This document shows positions 35,431 through 43,634 of a DNA stretch of 64,000 nt, in pieces. The first letter of the stretch is position 1, and each line of letters starts with the position of its first letter. A model generated the notes under the pieces. That model saw only the letters and a list, made by a program, of their open reading frames with translations, was not told the DNA's origin and did no database searches. The DNA comes from a virus, in IMG/VR virus record IMGVR_UViG_3300030329_004481; one strand, written 5' to 3'. Both the position numbers and the translations under genes were made by a program.

Positions 35431-36611
35431 TATTTAAATCCTATTTTTCTTAACTGTTTAATTGTATCATCAGCACTAGTGTGATGAATTCCTATTCCAC
35501 CCTTTGCTCTAAATTCTTTTATATTACCTTCATGATCATCTATTAAAACATTTGGTCTTCCATCTCTACCATCTTTGGCAAACTGTTGTTTGTCTTGTCT
35601 AGAAACTGCTCTCATATCACTTTGATCTAAATTAAAATGTCTTTTCATCCATTTAGTTTTATCACCTGCTGCTTGTTGTGATATTTTCCCTCTACTACTT
35701 CTTGGAATAGCAGTTAACATAATTGGTTTATATTTTCCAATAAATCCCCAAAGTTTTTTAGCATCTGGCATTAGTGGAAGTTTAGCAAAAGTGTTAGAAG
35801 GTAGATCAGGCCAAAACTTATCTTTAAACTTTGTACCTAAATGTTTACCAGTAAATGCATGAAAATCTGCAACCACTCCATCCATATCACAATAGATTTG
35901 TGGTGCATCAAATTCTTTCAATTCAATTTCTTCTTTAAATCTTTTCAATTTCTTTTCTTTGTCTATCCATTTTTTAGCAATGTGATTATCTAAAGGTTTT
36001 TGAACTATTGATCTTATTTTAACAAAAACTTTTCTTAGAACATCCTCATCCGCATCATTATTATCAACAATAATAAAATTTTTATTACCAAAATATCCTT
36101 GAAACTTTCCAAGATTTTTTTGAACATCTTCCCAACTTGATTTTACAATATTATCTGGTAATGTTCTAGATCTCATTTGATTTCTTTGTAATGCAACATC
36201 TAGAGATGTATTTACAAATATCATTAATGTATCATAACCAAGACCACGCAATCCCTCTGAAGCTGATTTAATTCTATCATAATCTTTACCAGTACCATCA
36301 ATAATTAAACCAAGTCTACCATCAACCCATTGCCTCATTCTCATCTTTGTAAGTTTCTTTGCTCTATCTCTTATAACTTGCGATCTTTCAAAATCTTTAT
36401 CATCAAATTTTGTAAAGTCCATTCCCAATCCAGATGATTTTAATTTAAGTTCATATATATCATCTGAATTAACAATCTTCATTCCCAATCCACCTGTAGC
36501 TTTATCAGCAACATATGACTTACCAGAACCTGGCCCACCCGCTAGAAATATTGCTTTGAATATTGAAGGGTCATACATCCCTTCAGTCAAAAATTGATCA
36601 AAAGATCTCAT
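35430..36611 (-). CDS. P-loop kinase (zeta-toxin/AAA_33-like) fused to a HAD-family nucleotidase/phosphatase; capsid-targeting-like N-terminus
   Basis: GGPGSGKS, IIDGTG, ALQRN..RSR lid; C-terminal DMDGV...LIDD; start MRSFDQFLTE. Confidence 0.8.
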   Translation of the reverse strand: MRSFDQFLTEGMYDPSIFKAIFLAGGPGSGKSYVADKATGGLGMKIVNSDDIYELKLKSSGLGMDFTKFDDKDFERSQVIRDRAKKLTKMRMRQWVDGRLGLIIDGTGKDYDRIKSASEGLRGLGYDTLMIFVNTSLDVALQRNQMRSRTLPDNIVKSSWEDVQKNLGKFQGYFGNKNFIIVDNNDADEDVLRKVFVKIRSIVQKPLDNHIAKKWIDKEKKLKRFKEEIELKEFDAPQIYCDMDGVVADFHAFTGKHLGTKFKDKFWPDLPSNTFAKLPLMPDAKKLWGFIGKYKPIMLTAIPRSSRGKISQQAAGDKTKWMKRHFNLDQSDMRAVSRQDKQQFAKDGRDGRPNVLIDDHEGNIKEFRAKGGIGIHHTSADDTIKQLRKIGFK

Positions 36612-37182
36612 GCCATTGATCTCCATGTTTTTTTGTATAGTACATACTTGTTTCTAGTTTTTCCTCAACTGTAAATTGTTCATCTTTCATTTTCAATAGA
36701 AATTTTTGATCTCTTTGTTTCCCCTTATGTAATTTGGAAAACAAATCTTGAAATTGATTTCCTCTACTATCTACAGAAATACTTTTTCCACCATGATCAA
36801 ACCGAGCATGTACTTTACCATGATCATTTCCTGGTGACTTGTTTGTACCTAAAAGTGAAAAATCTTCACCATCTTTATGAATAACAGAATGTTGATCATA
36901 TTTTTTTCCTAATTCTAACATATGTTTTCTTTCAATATTAGGAATCATTAAAGATTTTTCTTTTACAAATCCACCTTCTTCTTTATATCCACCTCTCATT
37001 TCAACATACCCATGACCCAACTTTCTGACATGCTTTTTTAATTCAGAAAATCTTCTCTCATTTTCTTCATCAGAATGTTCTTGTCTATGTGGAGACAATA
37101 TACCCATCTTTGGTGTATGATTGACGTGATGCATTACTCTAGATAAACTAGACTCATCAATTGATTGTTTGAAACTTTTCAT
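36598..37182 (-). CDS. putative internal head protein (DUF3293-like)
   Basis: MKSFKQSIDE; GILSPHR...EN..R...L...G...YDQHSV pattern. Confidence 0.55.
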   Translation of the reverse strand: MKSFKQSIDESSLSRVMHHVNHTPKMGILSPHRQEHSDEENERRFSELKKHVRKLGHGYVEMRGGYKEEGGFVKEKSLMIPNIERKHMLELGKKYDQHSVIHKDGEDFSLLGTNKSPGNDHGKVHARFDHGGKSISVDSRGNQFQDLFSKLHKGKQRDQKFLLKMKDEQFTVEEKLETSMYYTKKHGDQWHEIF

Positions 37183-37184
37183 TT

Positions 37185-37331
37185 TTAATCCTGTGAATCA
37201 ATAAAATCTTGTTTTGTTGGCGCACCTTTTGAACCAGGTTTGCGCATAGGTCTTCCTTCTTTTCTTTTTTTATGGATATTATGCCATAACCCTTTATTTT
37301 TTTCTTCTAAAAATTGCTTAAATGTTACCAT
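37185..37331 (-). CDS. 48-aa basic protein (MVTFKQFLEEKNKGLWHNIHKKRK...GAPTKQDFIDSQD); not in the ORF track
   Basis: fills the gap between two ORFs, overlaps the upstream stop, capsid-targeting-like N-terminus. Confidence 0.75.
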   Translation of the reverse strand: MVTFKQFLEEKNKGLWHNIHKKRKEGRPMRKPGSKGAPTKQDFIDSQD

Positions 37332-37594
37332 GCTTTACAACTCCAATATCTTGCTTTAGTTCTTGGTCCAGGATTATCACAATTATGCCTCGCTCTAAAA
37401 GATTTTCTTCTAGCTGGGTTTGATTTTTTAATCCTCATGTTAGGATCACCGAATTCAACTTTTTTAACATTACCAGTTGATGGATCTTTAACATATACTT
37501 TTGACTTTTTAACATCACCTTTCATTTTTTTACCAAGAGGAACGTCTCTACCTTGATACTCTGCTTCCGTTACAAACTCTCTATATGTCTTCAT
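37325..37594 (-). CDS. small basic conserved phage protein (DUF6321-like), putative internal protein
   Basis: MKTYREFVTE; VKKVEFGD, RRKSFRARHNC, ARYWSCKAW. Confidence 0.7.
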   Translation of the reverse strand: MKTYREFVTEAEYQGRDVPLGKKMKGDVKKSKVYVKDPSTGNVKKVEFGDPNMRIKKSNPARRKSFRARHNCDNPGPRTKARYWSCKAW

Positions 37595-37598
37595 TTTC

Positions 37599-39239
37599 TT
37601 ACTTTCTTACGTTAGCTACTGAATCTCCAGGGTTTCCTGTTTTGTTTAATATTGATACATGATATATTCTATTTGGATCAGGATTTGATTGAATCAAATC
37701 TGTAACATAATCCCTCATCTCACTTTGTTGACGTATAGTAGTATACCATGAGATTCTACCATTGTCAACTATTTTCTGTGGCTTATTAAAATGTATTGGA
37801 AAATCAACATCAGAAAAGGTTGCTCCTTTAAATTCTGCTCTCATTTTTTTCCATTCACTTCCAGAAGCCAACGTTATATGCAAATCTTTGTCTACTAATG
37901 GTTTTAACTCTGGTTCTCTTTTCAAAACCATTTTTTGCATTTGCTTTATTATATTTATTTCTTTTGGTTTTAACTTATACTTGAGAACACTTTCAACTTT
38001 TATTTCTTCATTTATTCCAATTTGATTCATTAAAGATTTCTTGTCATTCTTTCCTGTCTCTACTGCATATTTAAATAACATATTTAATGCATCACCAATT
38101 GCTCTACCCCTAAGACCTGCTTGTGAAAGATCTCTACCATTGACTCCTAACTCTTTGAGAGAAGTTGGTTTTCCTTTTCTTTTCATATCTGCTAATATCA
38201 TTGATACTGTTTTTTGTTTTTTTGCTTTCAAATATTCATCAATATTTTTTATAGCAGATGGGTGACTTGAAGTATATTGAACCAATTCTAATTCATTGTT
38301 AAGTATAGAAGGATTGTGAATTACCATAACTACACCTTCTATTGATTTTTTTGTTTCATTTGATATTTTCATTGTTCTCTGTGCATTTTCTCCTGCTAAC
38401 CATTTATAATCTTTTAATAGTATAGCTAAAAATGCAGGAAACGCAGACTTTTCAAGTTTATCCATTGTATCATAATCAATGTCTCTTATACCTTTAAACA
38501 AATTGCTCATTAATCCAGTTTTAAACATCAACTTAACACCTTTACTTGGTACAGTTGATTTTGTAAACATCTTTGCAAATTCTTCTTGGAATCTATCTGG
38601 TGATACTGTTTTAATTTTTTCAGATTGTTTTTTAATTTCTCTTTCTGTTTTTGGTTCTAAATTAAAATCAAATCTGGCTGCAAATTGCATTGCTCTCATC
38701 ATTCTCAACGGATCTTCTTCAAATGCGTTTGGACTAATTACAGATATCTGTTTGTTCTCAATGTCAAACTGTCCTCTACCCTCTATGTCGTGTGTTTCAC
38801 CAGTTTCAACATCTTTAGCGATAGCATTCATCCAAAAGTCTCTACGCATTTGATCTTGTTGTAAAGTGATACCTTTACCTAACTTGACTTCAAAATCTTT
38901 ATGTCCAGACCCTGTGCTTTTCTCATCAACTCTTGGAACAGAAATATCAATAGGTTCATCACCTTTTTCAAAATGAGTTGGAGTAAATTTTAATATACCA
39001 AAAGATTTTCCAACAGCATCAACCCTACCAAATTTAGATATCAATTTTGATAACTCATCAAGTTCTAAACCAACCACAAGTAGATCTAAATCTTTTGATA
39101 TTTTACCCAACATTTCATCACGCACCGCTCCACCAATTTGATATATTTTTCCACCAGCAGTTTTAATTGCGGACTTAACCTCTGGTTTAAGTGCGTGGGA
39201 CACATTTGATTCTATTATGTAATTTTTAAATTTTCTCAT
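37599..39239 (-). CDS. cca: class II tRNA nucleotidyltransferase (CCA-adding type) fused to a C-terminal 2H phosphoesterase
   Basis: GGAVRD, DLD, RRDF.MNAIA, EDPLRMMRA.QFAAR; C-terminal HITL and HVSI. Confidence 0.82.
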   Translation of the reverse strand: MRKFKNYIIESNVSHALKPEVKSAIKTAGGKIYQIGGAVRDEMLGKISKDLDLLVVGLELDELSKLISKFGRVDAVGKSFGILKFTPTHFEKGDEPIDISVPRVDEKSTGSGHKDFEVKLGKGITLQQDQMRRDFWMNAIAKDVETGETHDIEGRGQFDIENKQISVISPNAFEEDPLRMMRAMQFAARFDFNLEPKTEREIKKQSEKIKTVSPDRFQEEFAKMFTKSTVPSKGVKLMFKTGLMSNLFKGIRDIDYDTMDKLEKSAFPAFLAILLKDYKWLAGENAQRTMKISNETKKSIEGVVMVIHNPSILNNELELVQYTSSHPSAIKNIDEYLKAKKQKTVSMILADMKRKGKPTSLKELGVNGRDLSQAGLRGRAIGDALNMLFKYAVETGKNDKKSLMNQIGINEEIKVESVLKYKLKPKEINIIKQMQKMVLKREPELKPLVDKDLHITLASGSEWKKMRAEFKGATFSDVDFPIHFNKPQKIVDNGRISWYTTIRQQSEMRDYVTDLIQSNPDPNRIYHVSILNKTGNPGDSVANVRK

Positions 39240-39252
39240 ACTATTATTTATT

Positions 39253-39936
39253 CTAACACCTATTTGATAATAAACATATTAATTCATTAAATCCCATAAC
39301 TGTAAATGCCCATTCACCTTGAATTGTCACATAAAGAGATTTAATTCCATCTAAAAATATGTAAGAAGTTATAGCACCAATAATACCACAAAGAAATGAT
39401 TGAAAACTATACCTTAGCCATTTAAATTTATTTGTTGCTAACACTCTACCTAGTCCATATATATCACCAACTATAGCATCGTAAGTTCTTGAATCTCTTT
39501 CTAATCTTTGTGCATACTCTTGTTTAAATTCTTCTAATGGTATGTATGAAAAATGCCCAAAAAACAACGGATTAAAAAATGGTGATGATCTGTCTATTTC
39601 TTTTGATCCTGGTTTTTTAGGATATCCTGTTCTTGGCATAATTACAGCAATAGCACATAATAGTGCGATAGTAGAAAAAAATCCTAGTATAGATAATGGT
39701 ACTGCAACTTGTTCATGTTCCATGTTAGCAACTGTTACAGAAAAAACAATTGAAGAAACTGTTATCATTATATTAGCTTTTGTATCAGCCATTAATGACA
39801 TCTGTACTATGTTTGTAAGATTAAGACGAAGAATATTATCTACCGCAGTAGAAGATTTTCCTTCATTAGTTTTATCTAATTCTTCAAATAAAGTATCTGG
39901 TGCTTCAAAGTTTTGAATATCCCATTGATCTCTCAT
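39253..39936 (-). CDS. Pycsar effector-type transmembrane protein (PycTM/DUF5706)
   Basis: MADTKANIMI followed by 2 TMs, PR, LFFGHF, KFKWLRYS and a further TM. Confidence 0.8.
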   Translation of the reverse strand: MRDQWDIQNFEAPDTLFEELDKTNEGKSSTAVDNILRLNLTNIVQMSLMADTKANIMITVSSIVFSVTVANMEHEQVAVPLSILGFFSTIALLCAIAVIMPRTGYPKKPGSKEIDRSSPFFNPLFFGHFSYIPLEEFKQEYAQRLERDSRTYDAIVGDIYGLGRVLATNKFKWLRYSFQSFLCGIIGAITSYIFLDGIKSLYVTIQGEWAFTVMGFNELICLLSNRC

Positions 39937-40814
39937 TATCTCTCCAATAATACTTTTAATGTTTGACTTGGAGCACTACAACTTTTTCCAACTCCACCCC
40001 AATTTTTATTAGATATTAATGGTCTTATAACATATCCATCTGTCCTACATTGACAATCCTTTACAGATGCAGGAAACGCTGAAATTTCATTACCAATTCC
40101 ACATCTACCCATAGTCCAATACCAACCATTACACAATTTACCTCTAAATTCATAAGTTAAATTATCAATGTTTGAAACTATATCATTAATTAAAGAATTG
40201 TTATCACATACTATCATATTATCTGGATTACCTATTGATATATTATCCCAAACATAATTAGAAGCATTATCCCAAAAGTCTATATAGGTCTGTCTCTGTG
40301 TTTGGGTAGAAGTTTGGTTGTATGTAAAATTATCTGACCATGAAAACGTATGAGTGGTTATTGTAACTACTGTTTCATTGTCAATCGTTTCAGTCTCTTG
40401 AACAGGATAATCAGGATTGATAGAAACAGGAATAGTAACAACGAAGGGACTTGGGCTATTAAAATAGACCTTAAAAGGATCTGATGTTCCTGTTTGATAA
40501 GCAATGGTAGGAACATCACTAGTAAAATTGGAATAATTAACTTCAATTTGAATGTCAATTGGAACATTTACAACACCAGATAAATTTTCATTTAAATCTG
40601 TTTCATCATATATGTTCTTCTGAATAAAATCTTTGATATTGATATGATGACGTTGAGGTAGTACTGGCCTTGAAAAATAATATCTATAATTTGCTTCTGG
40701 GTATTCGTGTTGATATTTTAGTTTTACATTTATAATTTCTTTTTTATCTGCTTCACAACTAATTATACTTAAAAGTCCTATCAACAATCCTAATTTTACT
40801 ATCTTCTTGATCAT
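39936..40814 (-). CDS. putative lipoprotein with a Cys-rich C-terminal domain
   Basis: MIKK + hydrophobic stretch + IISC lipobox-like; C-terminal W..G.CG, CQC, IRP, NWGG..SC. Confidence 0.6.
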   Translation of the reverse strand: MIKKIVKLGLLIGLLSIISCEADKKEIINVKLKYQHEYPEANYRYYFSRPVLPQRHHINIKDFIQKNIYDETDLNENLSGVVNVPIDIQIEVNYSNFTSDVPTIAYQTGTSDPFKVYFNSPSPFVVTIPVSINPDYPVQETETIDNETVVTITTHTFSWSDNFTYNQTSTQTQRQTYIDFWDNASNYVWDNISIGNPDNMIVCDNNSLINDIVSNIDNLTYEFRGKLCNGWYWTMGRCGIGNEISAFPASVKDCQCRTDGYVIRPLISNKNWGGVGKSCSAPSQTLKVLLER

Positions 40815-41004
40815 GTATGTATACCTCTTTTATTGGTCCATCTATATTTTTGTCCCAATAATCTAAAAATTGATTTATCCTTGGATAATCTGGTTGTTGA
40901 TCTTCTGTTTGCCATATAAATTCATTTACCAAATGTAAATAATCTGGAATATAATAGACAACTTGCACAGATGCCTTAGTCCATTTTTTTATAATATATG
41001 CCAT
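40759..41004 (-). CDS. usg: Usg-family protein
   Basis: YYIPDY.HLVNEFIWQTED..PDYPR...FLDYW..NIDGPI. Confidence 0.75.
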   Translation of the reverse strand: MAYIIKKWTKASVQVVYYIPDYLHLVNEFIWQTEDQQPDYPRINQFLDYWDKNIDGPIKEVYIHDQEDSKIRIVDRTFKYN

Positions 41005-41010
41005 TAAATA

Positions 41011-42420
41011 TTATCTTAGTGGTGGAGCGTAAAGTAAACCCCCTTGAGTATACAACTTATTGTAACCTCTTTTTAAATTTATAGGAGTTTCTGTCCCAAG
41101 ATATTTTTCGTAAATTTCTTCATAATTACCTATTTGTTTTATAATTTGATATGCCCAATCTGCATTCAATCCTAACTTTGCACCAAGATGTGGAAACTTA
41201 TCACCATCTCTCTCACCCATAAATCTTTGTATTTTAGGATCTTTATTTTCTTTAAACATATCAATATTTTGAGAAGTAATTCCCAATTCTTCTGCAATAA
41301 AAAATACATAAACTGACCATCTTGTAATATCTGACCATAATTGATCACCATATCTTATTGCTGGACCAAGTGGTTCTTTTGAAATTACTTCTGGCAAAAT
41401 CATATGTTTTTCTGGTTCTGGATATTTTGTTCTGTCTCCCGCCAATGCTGATCTATCAATACCATACATATCGCACTCACCCTGTAAATATAATTCAACA
41501 ATATCTTCATCAGGATAAACACCAACTGGTAAATATTTCATATTCCATAGTTCAAAGAAATCTTTGATGTTTTGTTCTGCAGTAGTGTCAATACTGTAAC
41601 AAACTGTGGCTCCGGAAAGGTCTTTAGCACTTTTTGCACCAAGTGTTTTTCTAACCATAAAACCTTGACCATCATAAAATGTTGTTGGTAAAAATTCTAT
41701 ACCATGAATAACATCTCTTGTATATGTCCATGTGGTTGTTGCAGACAATGCATCAATAGTACCATCTTTCAATCTTTCAAATCTAGTTCTACCAGTGATA
41801 GGAATGAATCTAATTTTTTCTTTATCTCCAAATATTGCAACTGCAAATGATTTACAAATATCTGCATCAAAGCCTTCCCAAATATGATACATTGGACCTT
41901 CAGACGGATTTATTGTTTTTCCTGACCTTTCACTAAATCCCCATTGATTATCATAAACACCACATTTTACATATCCACGTTCTTTTATTTTTTGTACTGT
42001 AGTTCCATATTGTGGATTGTATTCATTGCCCCCTTGATACTCATCTTCTGGCCCTTGTACCATTGAAATGTGTTCACTCTCAACTGACTTTAATCTTATA
42101 ATTTCTTGTTGTAAATTATCATATTCTTTTTTAGGAACTACCTCAACACTAGGAATCATACCTGAAAACATTGCTTCTCTTTGTTTTGCCAGATCATCAA
42201 TCTTTGCTTGTAATGATAATCTATCTCCTATATCAGTAGCAGGATCATCTCTCCTTTCCACTAACATATTAATTTCATCTTGAAGTGTGCGTATTGAACC
42301 CTCTAAAGTTTCATCAACAACTTTTATATTTCCCTTGGGATCTGCGAATACTTTTTGCCCTATTGTTTCTGTTGGGATTAATAATAAAGTAAAAAGTAAA
42401 ATAACAAATAGTGATTTCAT
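41011..42420 (-). CDS. aapJ: general L-amino-acid ABC transporter substrate-binding protein (AapJ/BztA-like) with an extra N-terminal coiled coil
   Basis: signal peptide; GFDADIC, TTWTYTRD, FYDGQGFMV, LPEVISKEPLGP, GNY.EIY, GGLLYAPPLR. Confidence 0.88.
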   Translation of the reverse strand: MKSLFVILLFTLLLIPTETIGQKVFADPKGNIKVVDETLEGSIRTLQDEINMLVERRDDPATDIGDRLSLQAKIDDLAKQREAMFSGMIPSVEVVPKKEYDNLQQEIIRLKSVESEHISMVQGPEDEYQGGNEYNPQYGTTVQKIKERGYVKCGVYDNQWGFSERSGKTINPSEGPMYHIWEGFDADICKSFAVAIFGDKEKIRFIPITGRTRFERLKDGTIDALSATTTWTYTRDVIHGIEFLPTTFYDGQGFMVRKTLGAKSAKDLSGATVCYSIDTTAEQNIKDFFELWNMKYLPVGVYPDEDIVELYLQGECDMYGIDRSALAGDRTKYPEPEKHMILPEVISKEPLGPAIRYGDQLWSDITRWSVYVFFIAEELGITSQNIDMFKENKDPKIQRFMGERDGDKFPHLGAKLGLNADWAYQIIKQIGNYEEIYEKYLGTETPINLKRGYNKLYTQGGLLYAPPLR

Positions 42421-42881
42421 TTTAGTGTTCTGTAGATTTCCATTAATTCAGCATCAGGCATTTCTTGTGCCATAGTATAATATCTCTGATGCCCAACTTT
42501 CATAAAACCTTTGAGATCTGCAAAACTTGGATAAGTTGCATGAAGGCCAGATATTAAATGATCTGGATCTAAATGACATTCTGCACAAGCATTTCCTTTT
42601 GCAAAAACTCTTGTACCTAATTTATATCTTTCACTTTGTACCAATACTGTATTTAAATCTTTTTCTACCCATCTTATTTTTTCATCTAAATCTGGTATGA
42701 CCATAAAAATAAGATATGCAACAAGTCCCAGAATAACTAAAATAAAAGTTTTTTGTCCTTTTATAGATGCAAGAGTTTCTTCCTCAATTGCTTTAACAGG
42801 TTCAAACTCTACTTTTTCATCTCCATTTGTAGTTACTGTTGCTTTTATTGATCCTTCAGATTGCTTCTTTGCTTGTGCCAT
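42417..42881 (-). CDS. membrane-anchored c-type cytochrome-like protein
   Basis: one TM, G..VF...CAECH haem motif, distal Met candidates, C-terminal helix MPDAELMEIYRTL. Confidence 0.7.
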   Translation of the reverse strand: MAQAKKQSEGSIKATVTTNGDEKVEFEPVKAIEEETLASIKGQKTFILVILGLVAYLIFMVIPDLDEKIRWVEKDLNTVLVQSERYKLGTRVFAKGNACAECHLDPDHLISGLHATYPSFADLKGFMKVGHQRYYTMAQEMPDAELMEIYRTLK

Positions 42882-43234
42882 TATTTACCTTTCGACGCAC
42901 TCTTTAATTTAGATTGTAATTGCTCGGCAAACATTTTGAGAATTATAGGAATACTCACATTTGACGTTAATCCAAATAAGAATCCAACAGGATATTTGTA
43001 TGTGGCATAAGCTGCTACTTGGGGTACATTATCAAACACTAAAACAATAAGAATATATCCTGTAACGGACATACCCATATTGATAAACAAATCAAGACTA
43101 ATAAGCCACCAGTTTCCTTGATACTTATCTTTGTTATCGTGTCTATAATTAAACAAAAATACAAAAAATGACGAAAATAATATGATGGCAAACATTGATA
43201 AATTTGCCGTGCTAAAAAGGTCATTCATTACCAT
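42881..43234 (-). CDS. 3-TM membrane protein (holin-like topology)
   Basis: three hydrophobic segments, basic C-terminal tail. Confidence 0.55.
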   Translation of the reverse strand: MVMNDLFSTANLSMFAIILFSSFFVFLFNYRHDNKDKYQGNWWLISLDLFINMGMSVTGYILIVLVFDNVPQVAAYATYKYPVGFLFGLTSNVSIPIILKMFAEQLQSKLKSASKGK

Positions 43235-43634
43235 TCTCCTTGTTTTTGAGCATTTTTAACAAATCAGCTGTAGAACCAACATAAAGATTATTATTTACAG
43301 ACGATGGTCCTTGAACATTTTTGTCTCTTAATACTTCTTTTTTTGTTTTTTGGAGATTCATTAACTTTTCATTAGTGTCTCCTAAGTTTTTAATCAATTG
43401 AGAAGCAACTTCAAAATGCCTTGCATGCTCAGTTGATTTAGCTATCTCCAATAGCTCATCAAGGGCTTCATGTCCTTTTTCCATTAAATTATAATAATTT
43501 TCTCTCGCATAAGTATAATCTGTATTTATATCTTGATCATCTGATATAACATTTAATCTGGTTTCTTTTTTATTAACAATATCTTTAATTGGATCATCAT
43601 TTAATACTTCTTCTACCATACTTTTTATCTCCAT
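43221..43634 (-). CDS. gp16: terminase small subunit gp16
   Basis: DYTYARENYY, A..TEHARHFEVA.QLIK, NNNLYVGSTADL. Confidence 0.93.
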   Translation of the reverse strand: MEIKSMVEEVLNDDPIKDIVNKKETRLNVISDDQDINTDYTYARENYYNLMEKGHEALDELLEIAKSTEHARHFEVASQLIKNLGDTNEKLMNLQKTKKEVLRDKNVQGPSSVNNNLYVGSTADLLKMLKNKENGNE

